A DNA stretch of 62,007 nt from Bacilli bacterium (GTDB taxonomy: Bacteria > Bacillota_I > Bacilli_A > RF39 > UBA660): NCBI GenBank assembly GCA_017887425.1, contig JAGHHZ010000020.1:1-62007 (forward strand), read 5' to 3'. Both the position numbers and the translations under genes were made by a program. The notes under the pieces were generated by a model. That model made no database searches. It saw nothing but the letters and a program-made list of their open reading frames with translations, and had not been told where the DNA came from. Of the stretch, positions 53,146-62,007 are shown piece by piece. How positions within the stretch are numbered: position 1 is the stretch's first letter; each line of letters begins with the position of its first letter.

Positions 53146-55518
53146 ATGATAAGTTTAAATTGGGTTAAAGATTATATTGATATAAATGATCAAGATTTAA
53201 ATGACTTAGCTGTTAAAATTACTAAAGCAGGTATTAATGTCGAAGCTGTAATAAGCAATAAGATCGATAATTTAGTAATTGGTGAAGTAATTGATTGTAT
53301 CGATCATCCTGATAGTGATCATTTACACATTTGCCAAGTAAACATTGGTAATGAAATTAAACAAATTGTATGTGGCGCTTCCAATGTTCGAAAAGGAATT
53401 AAAGTAATAGTTGCACTACCAGGTGCAATATTACCAGGTAATTTTGAAATTAAAAAAAGTAAAATTAGAAATGCTGAATCAAACGGAATGATTTGTGCTT
53501 TGTTTGAACTAGGTTTAGAAGAAAAAACCGAAGAAAATTATAATAAAGGAATTTATGAACTAGATGCTGATGCCCCAGTAGGTGAAGATCCACTAAAGCA
53601 TTTAGGTCTAGAAGACACATTGTACGAATTAGATGTTCATAAACATCGTAACAATGACTGTTATTACCACATTGGTTTTGCTTACGAAATTGCTGCTATT
53701 TTAAATAGAAAAGTAACTTTGCCAGTTGATAATTATAACGAAATTAATGATGATATTAATAATCATTTTAAATTAGAAGTAAAAACTGCTAAATGTCCTT
53801 ATTATTTAGCTAAAATGGTAACAGATGTTAAAATAAAAGAAAGTCCTGATTTTATTAAAAAAAGATTAGTTGCCGCTGGTATGCGTCCAATTAATAATGT
53901 TGTCGATATTTCTAACTATGTTATGCTAGAATATGGACAACCTCTACATTTCTTTGATAAAGATAAATTAGGTGATTATATTTTAGTAAGAGATGCTAAA
54001 GAAGATGAAGAAATTATAACTTTAGATGGTAAAAAAAGACAATTAAAAACTACTGATATTGTTATAACTGATGGTAATAAACCTGTTTGCATTGCTGGTG
54101 TTATGGGTGGGGAAAATACCGAAGATGATATCAATACCAAAAGTATTTTAATTGAAAGTGCTATTTTTGATGCTGTAAACATTAGAAATACAGCTAATAG
54201 ATTAAATTTAAAAAGTGAAGCTTCAATTAGATATGGTAAAGGATTAAACTATGAATATACTTTAAAAGCAATTAATAGAGCTTGTCACTTACTAGAAAAA
54301 TATGCTGATGCTAAAGTTTTAAAAGGTATGGTTACTCATGACAAAGTTGATAAAAAACCTAATATCGTTGAATTCACGGCTAACGAGGTTAATAAAATAC
54401 TAGGTATTACTATTAGTCATGAAGACATGGAAGTAGAATTAAAAAGATTAGATTTTGATTATCAAGTCAAGAAAGATAAATTTATCGTAACTATTCCTAA
54501 AAGAAGATTAGATATCGATCCTAATGTTAATGATATTGCTGAAGAAATCGGTCGATTATATGGTTATCATAATTTAGTTTCGACTTTGCCTAAAACTAGT
54601 ATTAGAAAAGGTGAATATGTTGGTAATGTTAAATACCGCAAAATAATTTCTAAAAGATTAAGAAGTTTAGGCTTAAATGAAGTAAAAACTTACACTTTAG
54701 TATCAAAAGATATGGCTGAATTATTTAAATATGATAATAAAGAAAATTTAGTTTTACCAAATCCGATGAGTAGCGATAAAGAATATATCAGAACCACTTT
54801 AATTCCATCTTTACTAAAAGTTTTAAATTATAATAAAACTCATAAAGTTAATGATATTATGATTTATGAAATAGCTAAAACATATGACATAAATTATCAA
54901 GAAACTAGTAAAATATGTGTTTTAATGAAAGGTAATTATATTAATAATAATTGGCAAAATATCAAAATACCAGTTGATTTTTACTTAATTAAAGGTATAT
55001 TAGAAAATATTTTAGATTATTTAGGTTTAAAAAATCGTTATAGTTTAATAGCTGAAGAAATTCCTAATATGCATCCTGGCATGAGCGCTAAAGTATTATT
55101 AGATAAAAAAGAAATCGGTATTATTGGGCGTATTCATCCAGTATTATCTAAAGATGATATTTATTTATTTGAAATTAGTATGGATGCTTTGATGACAGGC
55201 GTTAAACCTTTAAAATATAAAGAAGTGTCTAAATATCCAAGTATTAACAAAGATTTAGCTTTCATCGTTAAAAAAGATGTTAGTTCTAATGAAATAAGTG
55301 AGGTAATTAGAAAATCAGGTGGTAGATTATTAACTAATATCGAAGTATTTGATGTTTATACTGGTGAAAAAGTAGAAAATGACGAAAAATCAGTCGCTTA
55401 CGCTTTAACATTTAACGATCCTGCTAAAACTTTGACAGAAGAAGAAGTTAATACTTTATTTGAAAAAATTATTAAAGATGTTGAAAGCAAATTAAATGCG
55501 AAATTAAGAAATATGTAG
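53146..55518 (+). CDS. pheT: Phenylalanyl-tRNA synthetase beta subunit
   Basis: HPDSDHL, IVCGASNV, RPINNVVDISNY, EEIGRLYGY. Confidence 0.96.
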   Translation: MISLNWVKDYIDINDQDLNDLAVKITKAGINVEAVISNKIDNLVIGEVIDCIDHPDSDHLHICQVNIGNEIKQIVCGASNVRKGIKVIVALPGAILPGNFEIKKSKIRNAESNGMICALFELGLEEKTEENYNKGIYELDADAPVGEDPLKHLGLEDTLYELDVHKHRNNDCYYHIGFAYEIAAILNRKVTLPVDNYNEINDDINNHFKLEVKTAKCPYYLAKMVTDVKIKESPDFIKKRLVAAGMRPINNVVDISNYVMLEYGQPLHFFDKDKLGDYILVRDAKEDEEIITLDGKKRQLKTTDIVITDGNKPVCIAGVMGGENTEDDINTKSILIESAIFDAVNIRNTANRLNLKSEASIRYGKGLNYEYTLKAINRACHLLEKYADAKVLKGMVTHDKVDKKPNIVEFTANEVNKILGITISHEDMEVELKRLDFDYQVKKDKFIVTIPKRRLDIDPNVNDIAEEIGRLYGYHNLVSTLPKTSIRKGEYVGNVKYRKIISKRLRSLGLNEVKTYTLVSKDMAELFKYDNKENLVLPNPMSSDKEYIRTTLIPSLLKVLNYNKTHKVNDIMIYEIAKTYDINYQETSKICVLMKGNYINNNWQNIKIPVDFYLIKGILENILDYLGLKNRYSLIAEEIPNMHPGMSAKVLLDKKEIGIIGRIHPVLSKDDIYLFEISMDALMTGVKPLKYKEVSKYPSINKDLAFIVKKDVSSNEISEVIRKSGGRLLTNIEVFDVYTGEKVENDEKSVAYALTFNDPAKTLTEEEVNTLFEKIIKDVESKLNAKLRNM

Positions 55519-55570
55519 CATTTTCTTTGCTTTTTCTTTTATTTTTGATATAATTATTTTAGGTGATATT

Positions 55571-55783
55571 ATGGGGGATGAATATTTAGAAAGACAAGTT
55601 GATTCGGCAATTGGCAATATTGAAATAGAAGGTCATGATATTCCAAAAAAAGAAAAAGATTTAATTTTAAAAACATTTAAAAAATATAAAAATCGTCTTG
55701 GCGATAAAGCAATTGATTCTCTTCTTTATGGATTAGTTAGTGAAATAGAACACGAGGAAAAAGAAAATGCTAGAAAAAAATAA
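55571..55783 (+). CDS. VbhA-like Fic antitoxin
   Basis: SAIGNIEIEG inhibitory-type motif; overlaps the downstream Fic gene. Confidence 0.7.
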   Translation: MGDEYLERQVDSAIGNIEIEGHDIPKKEKDLILKTFKKYKNRLGDKAIDSLLYGLVSEIEHEEKENARKK

Positions 55784-56438
55784 TATTCATGACGCTTTAA
55801 ATACCCAATCAAAATATTGTTATCCTGATACTGATGTTTTAATTAATAGTCAAGGTATAAGAGATCAAAAAACATTAGACATTGTCGAAAGAAGAATCAG
55901 CGCTTTAATGCTTTTAGATTTACAAACAAAAAAAATTCCGAAAGCTTTTGAATTGTTTCGAACTGATTATTTGTTAAAGATTCACGAAACTGTTTTTAGT
56001 TATCTTTATCCATTTGCTGGAAAAATAAGAAATGAAAATATTATGAAAGGTAATACTCCTTTTTGTCGACCTGAATATATTGCTAATTACTTAAGAATGA
56101 CTATCGATAAAATGAAAGACGATGTTAAAAAGTTAAAAACTAAAGAAGATATTGTCGATTTTTTAGCTTATTATTATTCGGAACTAAATATTATTCACCC
56201 ATTTAGAGAAGGCAATGGTCGCGTATTAAGAGAGTATTTAAGGCAAGTTGTCGGATTTATTTCTTTAAATAATTCTTTGGATTATGAATTAGATTTTTCT
56301 AATGTCGATGAAAAGGATAAAGAAAAATTAATTAACGGTTCAATTGTGAGTGCGGCTACTGGCGAGTTAGAATATTTAAAATTATTTTTTGATAGTACAT
56401 TAAAAGAAAAGATAGTTAATCCGTCATTTAAAAGATAA
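55767..56438 (+). CDS. Class I-type Fic toxin
   Basis: YCYPDTDVLIN, HPFREGNGRVLR. Confidence 0.92.
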   Translation: MLEKNNIHDALNTQSKYCYPDTDVLINSQGIRDQKTLDIVERRISALMLLDLQTKKIPKAFELFRTDYLLKIHETVFSYLYPFAGKIRNENIMKGNTPFCRPEYIANYLRMTIDKMKDDVKKLKTKEDIVDFLAYYYSELNIIHPFREGNGRVLREYLRQVVGFISLNNSLDYELDFSNVDEKDKEKLINGSIVSAATGELEYLKLFFDSTLKEKIVNPSFKR

Positions 56439-56485
56439 AATTTAATTTTATCTTTTTATGTTATAATATTAATTAGGTGAAGTAT

Positions 56486-58243
56486 ATGAGTAAAATAAGA
56501 GTAATGGATGAGATTTTAGCTAACAAAATAGCGGCTGGAGAAGTTGTTGAAAGATGTGCTTCAGTCGTTAAAGAGTTAGTTGAAAATAGTATTGATGCAA
56601 ATGGTAAAGAAATAAAAATTGAATTAAAAGAAGCGGGAACTAGTTTAATCAAAGTAACTGATGATGGTACTGGTATGGATAAAGAAGATGCGGTTGTTGC
56701 TTTTAGTCGTCATGCAACGAGTAAGATAATGGATGAATCTGATTTATATAACATTAATACTTTAGGTTTTAGAGGGGAAGCTTTAGCTAGTATTGCCTCT
56801 GTTAGTAATGTCTTACTTAAAACAAGTACTGGGGAAGTTGGAACTTTAGTCAATATTAAAGGCGGTAAATTAATTAAAGTAGAAAATACCGATGCTAGAA
56901 AAGGAACAGTTATTGAGGTAAGTGAACTATTTTATAACACTCCAGCCCGTCTAAAACATATGAAAAGTTTATATACTGAACTAGCTAGTATAACTGATTA
57001 TGTCAACAAAATAGCTTTATCACATCCTGAAATAAGGTTTACTTTAATTAATAACAACAATGTTATTTTAAAAACAGATGGTTCTGGTAATTTACTTAAA
57101 ACTATCAGTGCTATTTATGGTGTTGATATTGCGCGTAAAATGTTAGAAATAAATGGCGAAGATGATGATTATAGTATTAATGGTTTTATTAGTCTCCCTG
57201 AAATTAATCGTGCTGGACGTAATCATATGGTAACTTTAGTTAATGGTAGAGTAGTAAGAAATCAAGAACTAAATAAAATAATTAACGATAGTTATCATTC
57301 TTATAAACCAGATAATCGTTATCCGATTGTCGTAATTAGTATCGAGTTAGACCCTAGCTTAGTTGATGTTAATATTCATCCAACTAAAATGGATATTAAA
57401 TTTAGTAAATTAGAAGAGTTATTAGAATTAGTTAAAAAAACGATTACTAGCAAGTTGAATCGTCAAACTCTAATACCAGAAGCAAGTATTACAGATTTTC
57501 CTATTGTCGAAGAAGTTCAAGAACCTATTTTAAAAGAAAATACTATTATCGAAAATAAACCAAAATATGAAGAAATAACTTTAGATTTTAATGTTCAAGA
57601 AGAACCAGTTATTTACGAGAAAAAAGAAGAGAAAGAAGAAGAACGATTACCTTTACTTTACCCAGTTGGTTTGGTTCATGGAACTTATATTGTTTGTCAA
57701 AACGAAATAGGTATGTATTTAATTGACCAACACGCAGCTAAAGAAAGGATTAATTATGAAATGTTTAAAGAAAAACTAACTAATCCAACTAAAGAAAACA
57801 TTCCAATGCTATTACCTCTTACAATCGAATTATCGAATAATGAATATATTGTTTTAAAAGAAAATTTTGCCTTTTTAGAAAATATGGGGTTTGAAATATC
57901 TGAGTTTGGCATTAATTCGGTAATTATCAAAGCTCATCCAACTTGGTTAACGAAAGATTTTGAGGATTTACAAATAAGAAAAATATTAGAACTAGTATCA
58001 AGTAAAGAAAAAGATTTTGATTTAGCTAAATTTAACGATCATTTAGCTGCTACTTTAGCTTGTAAAGCAAGTATTAAAGCCAATACAAATTTAAGTATTA
58101 ATGAAATGGAAGCGCTAATTAGTGATTTAAGAAAATGCCACAATCCGTTTAACTGTCCACATGGTAGACCAACTATTATAACTTTTACTAAATATGATTT
58201 AGAAAAATTATTTAAACGAAGTGGTTTTGAAAGTTTAAAATAG
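56486..58243 (+). CDS. mutL: DNA mismatch repair protein MutL
   Basis: KIAAGEVVER, GFRGEAL, DQHAAKERINYE, CPHGRP. Confidence 0.96.
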   Translation: MSKIRVMDEILANKIAAGEVVERCASVVKELVENSIDANGKEIKIELKEAGTSLIKVTDDGTGMDKEDAVVAFSRHATSKIMDESDLYNINTLGFRGEALASIASVSNVLLKTSTGEVGTLVNIKGGKLIKVENTDARKGTVIEVSELFYNTPARLKHMKSLYTELASITDYVNKIALSHPEIRFTLINNNNVILKTDGSGNLLKTISAIYGVDIARKMLEINGEDDDYSINGFISLPEINRAGRNHMVTLVNGRVVRNQELNKIINDSYHSYKPDNRYPIVVISIELDPSLVDVNIHPTKMDIKFSKLEELLELVKKTITSKLNRQTLIPEASITDFPIVEEVQEPILKENTIIENKPKYEEITLDFNVQEEPVIYEKKEEKEEERLPLLYPVGLVHGTYIVCQNEIGMYLIDQHAAKERINYEMFKEKLTNPTKENIPMLLPLTIELSNNEYIVLKENFAFLENMGFEISEFGINSVIIKAHPTWLTKDFEDLQIRKILELVSSKEKDFDLAKFNDHLAATLACKASIKANTNLSINEMEALISDLRKCHNPFNCPHGRPTIITFTKYDLEKLFKRSGFESLK

Positions 58244-58303
58244 GTATGATTAAATTCATATCTTTTTAAAACAATTAAAGTTATAGAGCTAATAAAAAAG
58301 ATA

Positions 58304-58720
58304 CTAAATTTCTTTATAGAAATAAGTAGTATCTTTAACTAGATAATCATTTTTTAAATATAGACTATGAGCTGACAATCTTCTTTTATTAGATGTAAAT
58401 TCGATTGAATTTACATTTTTTTCTTTAGCAATTTCTTCAACTTTTTTAAGAAGTAATGTTCCAATTCCTTGATTTCTTTCGCTACTAGCTACACAGACAT
58501 AATTAAGATAAAAAGCAGTTTTATTTTTAATAATATCATTTCTAATATCGATCATAATATGACCAATAACATTGTTATCTTTAACCGCAATTAAACTTAA
58601 ATAAGGACTATTTTTTAATGATTCAATTATGTTTTCTTTAGTATTTATGTCAGGAAAACTTTCCAAAATTAGACTAGCTAATGATTCATATTCGTCAGTT
58701 AAATATTTAATTTCAAGCAT
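58304..58720 (-). CDS. GNAT acetyltransferase
   Basis: VCVASSERNQGIGTLLL, AHSLYLKNDY. Confidence 0.88.
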   Translation of the reverse strand: MLEIKYLTDEYESLASLILESFPDINTKENIIESLKNSPYLSLIAVKDNNVIGHIMIDIRNDIIKNKTAFYLNYVCVASSERNQGIGTLLLKKVEEIAKEKNVNSIEFTSNKRRLSAHSLYLKNDYLVKDTTYFYKEI

Positions 58721-58856
58721 AACATCACCCAATTTAATTATATTATTAAATTAAGTTGTTGTAAAGATTTAATATCTAATAAAATTCATAAAAATTAAAT
58801 AATATGTAAGTGTTTAGGATTAAATATGATATAATTAAATTGTTGAGGTGAAGTGT

Positions 58857-60542
58857 ATGCGTTTAAGTGAAAACTTTTTTTATACTTTTAGAGAAGATGT
58901 TAAAGATGAAGAAACCGTAAGTGGTAATTTACTTGTAAAAAGTGGTATGGTTAAAAAAATTGGTAATGGTATTTATATGTATATGCCATTAGGTTTAAAA
59001 GTTTTAAAAAACATTGAAAATATCATTAGAGAAGAGATGAATAAAGCGGGAGCTAATGAATTATTGATGCCTAATTTATTACCAGAAGATGTTTATATCA
59101 GTAGTGGTAGAAGAGATAATTTTGGCGATTCAATGTTTAGTTTAAAAGACCGTTATAATCGTTCTTTAGTACTTGGACCTACTCATGAAGAATTTTTTGT
59201 TGAAGCTGCTAAAATGAAAGTAAAATCATATAAAGATCTACCATTTAATTTATATCAAATTGGCAATAAATATCGTGATGAACCAAGACCTCGCTTTGGT
59301 TTAATTCGAGTAAGAGAATTTTTTATGAAAGATGCTTATAGTTTTGATACTGACTTAGATGGCTTAGATAAATCTTACCGTAAAATGTTTGAAGCTTATA
59401 AAAAAATATTCGATAGAATTGGTATCGATTATCGCATCGTAACAGCTGATACTGGAGTTATGGGTGGATTATTAAGTGAAGAATTTCAAGCCGTTACCGA
59501 TATTGGTGAAGATATTTTAGTTTTATGCGATTGTGGATATGCTTCTAATATCGAGGTAAGCGAATGTGTTATCAATAAAGAAAAAGCTGAAAAACCTAAA
59601 GTAAGAGAGCTAGTTCATACACCAAATGCGAAAACAATCGAAGAAGTTTCTAATTTATTAGAAGAAGATAAAGATAAGTTTGTTAAAACTTTAATTTATA
59701 AAATAGATGATACTTTATATGCTTGTTTAGTTAGTGGTGATAGAGAAATCAACGAAACTAAATTATTAAAATTAATAGGTGGAACTAAAATCGAACTAGC
59801 TAGTTTTGAAGAAGTAGAGAAAGTTACTAATGCTAAGGTTGGCTTTGCTGGTCCAATTGATTTAGATATAAAAATAGTAATCGATAATGATATATTATAT
59901 AAATATAACTATATAGTTGGTGCTAATAAAACTGATTACCACTATAAAAATGTCAACACTTCTGATTTTAAATATGATTACATTGGGGATATTAAAAATG
60001 TTAAAGAATTTGATGCTTGTCCTAAATGTGGTAAAAAATTATACTTTAAAAATGGTATTGAAATAGGTAATACTTTTAAACTAGGAACTAAATATTCTAA
60101 AGCATTAGATTTAAACTATTTAGATGAAAACAACACTTTAAAACCAGTAGTAATGGGTTGTTATGGAATTGGTTTAGGACGTATTATGGCAAGTGTCGTC
60201 GAACAAAAAAATGATGAACACGGTATTATTTGGCCAGTTAATATTGCTCCATTTAAAGTAAGTATTGTTTTAATTGATAAAGAAGATGATTTACAAAAAT
60301 CAATTGCTAATGCTTTATATAATAATTTGATGAATAAACAAATCGATACTATCTTAGATGATCGTGATTTAAGAGCAGGTGTTAAATTTAACGATATGGA
60401 TTTAATTGGTATACCATACAGAATAACAGTTGGTAAAAAGGCTAAAGATAACTTAGTTGAATTAAAAATTAGAGAAACTAATCAAGTGTTTGATGTTCAT
60501 GTTAATGATATTGTTACTAAAATAATTGAATTAATGAAATAA
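58857..60542 (+). CDS. proS: Prolyl-tRNA synthetase (bacterial type with editing insert)
   Basis: LGPTHEE, YRDEPRPRFG, MGCYGIG. Confidence 0.96.
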   Translation: MRLSENFFYTFREDVKDEETVSGNLLVKSGMVKKIGNGIYMYMPLGLKVLKNIENIIREEMNKAGANELLMPNLLPEDVYISSGRRDNFGDSMFSLKDRYNRSLVLGPTHEEFFVEAAKMKVKSYKDLPFNLYQIGNKYRDEPRPRFGLIRVREFFMKDAYSFDTDLDGLDKSYRKMFEAYKKIFDRIGIDYRIVTADTGVMGGLLSEEFQAVTDIGEDILVLCDCGYASNIEVSECVINKEKAEKPKVRELVHTPNAKTIEEVSNLLEEDKDKFVKTLIYKIDDTLYACLVSGDREINETKLLKLIGGTKIELASFEEVEKVTNAKVGFAGPIDLDIKIVIDNDILYKYNYIVGANKTDYHYKNVNTSDFKYDYIGDIKNVKEFDACPKCGKKLYFKNGIEIGNTFKLGTKYSKALDLNYLDENNTLKPVVMGCYGIGLGRIMASVVEQKNDEHGIIWPVNIAPFKVSIVLIDKEDDLQKSIANALYNNLMNKQIDTILDDRDLRAGVKFNDMDLIGIPYRITVGKKAKDNLVELKIRETNQVFDVHVNDIVTKIIELMK

Positions 60543-60594
60543 ATTCGACATTTTTCAACTGATTAATAGGGTATGATAATAATGGTGAAGAATT

Positions 60595-61041
60595 ATGAAA
60601 AAATATTTATTAACTATTATTGTATCTTTATTAGTCGGTTTTTTATTGTCTTTTTATATGTTAAAAGAATATGAAAAAACGGATATTTTTCCTGTTTTTA
60701 ACGAAAGTGAAACTGCTTATTTAATCCAACAAGGTGTTTATTCTAGTATGGAAAGTATGCAAGAAAATACCACTCATTTAACTGACTATATTTATAGTGT
60801 TATCGATGATATGTATTATGTTTATATTGGTATTTCACTAGATAGTTCTAATGTTAATAAACTTCAAGAATACTATAAAAATAAAGATATTAATACCATT
60901 ATTAAAACAACTACATTAACTGACCAAGAATTTATTGAAACTTTAAGACAATATGATATGGTTTTAAATAATACTAGTGATGAAGATACAATTAAAGAAA
61001 TATGTAAACAAGTATTAAGTAAATATAAGGAGGAACCGTGA
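60595..61041 (+). CDS. Single-TM protein with SPOR-like domain (possibly SpoIIB-related)
   Basis: N-terminal TM; YLIQQGVYSS; directly upstream of radC. Confidence 0.5.
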   Translation: MKKYLLTIIVSLLVGFLLSFYMLKEYEKTDIFPVFNESETAYLIQQGVYSSMESMQENTTHLTDYIYSVIDDMYYVYIGISLDSSNVNKLQEYYKNKDINTIIKTTTLTDQEFIETLRQYDMVLNNTSDEDTIKEICKQVLSKYKEEP

Positions 61042-61721
61042 ATGTTTTAATTAAAGATATTCCTTTAAATGAAAGACCAAGAGAAAGATTAATAAATAAA
61101 GGAGTTGAATATTTAAGTAATGAAGATTTATTAGCTATTTTACTTAAAACAGGTACTAAAGAAAATTCCGTTAAAGTTTTAGCTAATAATATTCTAAAAC
61201 AATTAGATGATATTAATAATTTAAAAGAAATTAATTTAGAAAGATTAGTTAAAATAAAAGGGATTGGCAAAGCTAAAGCTTGTGAGTTATTAGCCGCAAT
61301 CGAATTAGGAAAAAGATTAAATAAAAAAATCGATAATCTTAATCAAATTAAAATTTATTCTTCAAATAGTATTTATGAATATTATCAAGATAAATTAAAA
61401 GATAAATTACAAGAATATTTTTATTGTGTTTATTTAGATACCAAAAACCATATTATTAAAGATAAATTATTATTTATTGGAACGATTAATGAAAGTTTAA
61501 TTCATCCTCGAGAAATATTTAAAGAAGCTTATCTTTTAAGTGCTTCAAGTATTATATGTATTCATAATCATCCATCGGGGAATGTTAATCCTTCCAATAA
61601 TGATATCATAATGACTAAACAATTAGTTGAAGCAGGTAAAATATTAGGAATTAAAGTTTTAGATCATATTATTATCGGTAAGAATAATTATTATAGTTTT
61701 AATGATAATGATTTGGTTTGA
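61038..61721 (+). CDS. radC: RadC family JAB-domain protein
   Basis: ERPRERL, HPREIF, HNHPSG...SNND, LDHII. Confidence 0.95.
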   Translation: MNVLIKDIPLNERPRERLINKGVEYLSNEDLLAILLKTGTKENSVKVLANNILKQLDDINNLKEINLERLVKIKGIGKAKACELLAAIELGKRLNKKIDNLNQIKIYSSNSIYEYYQDKLKDKLQEYFYCVYLDTKNHIIKDKLLFIGTINESLIHPREIFKEAYLLSASSIICIHNHPSGNVNPSNNDIIMTKQLVEAGKILGIKVLDHIIIGKNNYYSFNDNDLV

Positions 61722-61957
61722 TTTTTCATATAAGATATGTGTAATATAAATTTATAATTAAAATTCAATTTGTAAAATAAGCAAAATTAAATGATAAATA
61801 AAGTGCCAATTTAGAATTGGTGCTTTTAATTAGACAAAATATGTATTGTTTGATAAAATAAATGTAATAAAGTAATGTAATAAGTTTCTATTTCAATTAA
61901 ATGAAATATATTGTTTAGCATATTGTTAGTTTATTAGTATATTTAAAAGGTGATTTT

Positions 61958-62007
61958 ATGTATATATTTAAAATTATATTAACTTTTTTATTAATCGTTT
62001 TATTTTA
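61958..62007 (+). CDS. 5' end of a CDS with hydrophobic signal/TM, truncated by the window edge
   Basis: AAAAGGTGA RBS then MYIFKIILTFLLIVLF. Confidence 0.5.
   Translation, partial: MYIFKIILTFLLIVLF

Noticed and set aside
55520-56470. Target-site duplications around the Fic TA, Hip-like, J-domain and 50042-51891 islets
   Set aside because: No flanking direct repeats found by eye, so these are not called mobile elements
56486-58243. mutL without adjacent mutS
   Set aside because: Unlinked mutS and mutL are common; cannot be judged from one window

Overview
AT-rich (roughly a quarter GC by eye) chromosomal segment read with genetic code 11; TGA is used as a stop. It comes from a walled, reduced-looking Bacilli-type organism: murF, murD, Bacillus-like gene order, sporulation-family genes and type IV pilus genes. 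The gene content is compatible with the uncultured RF39-like Bacilli, which is an inference. The backbone is housekeeping (tgt, U32 pair, greA, tig, eno, ftsK, lexA, typA, dinB, T-box-pheST, mutL, proS, radC) with small accessory islets between those genes. Strongest signal: a pilin-like gene (5089-6438) whose C-type-lectin/FGE-like C-terminus ends in a ~150 bp segment of about 58% GC, with 30 of 50 codons ending in C. This is the signature of a diversity-generating-retroelement (DGR) variable repeat; no reverse transcriptase or template repeat is visible in the window. Other signals: a Fic gene flanked by a perfect 31-bp direct repeat at the 3' end of veg; a C39 ABC transporter with three small peptide ORFs, two of them missed by the ORF track; a LexA-box-controlled divergent operon encoding a 46-aa single-TM peptide; a HipS/HipT-like pair coupled to a PEBP gene; tandem diverged J-domain proteins; and two candidate structured RNAs. 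Start codons were adjusted by hand from RBS position. No database searches were run.
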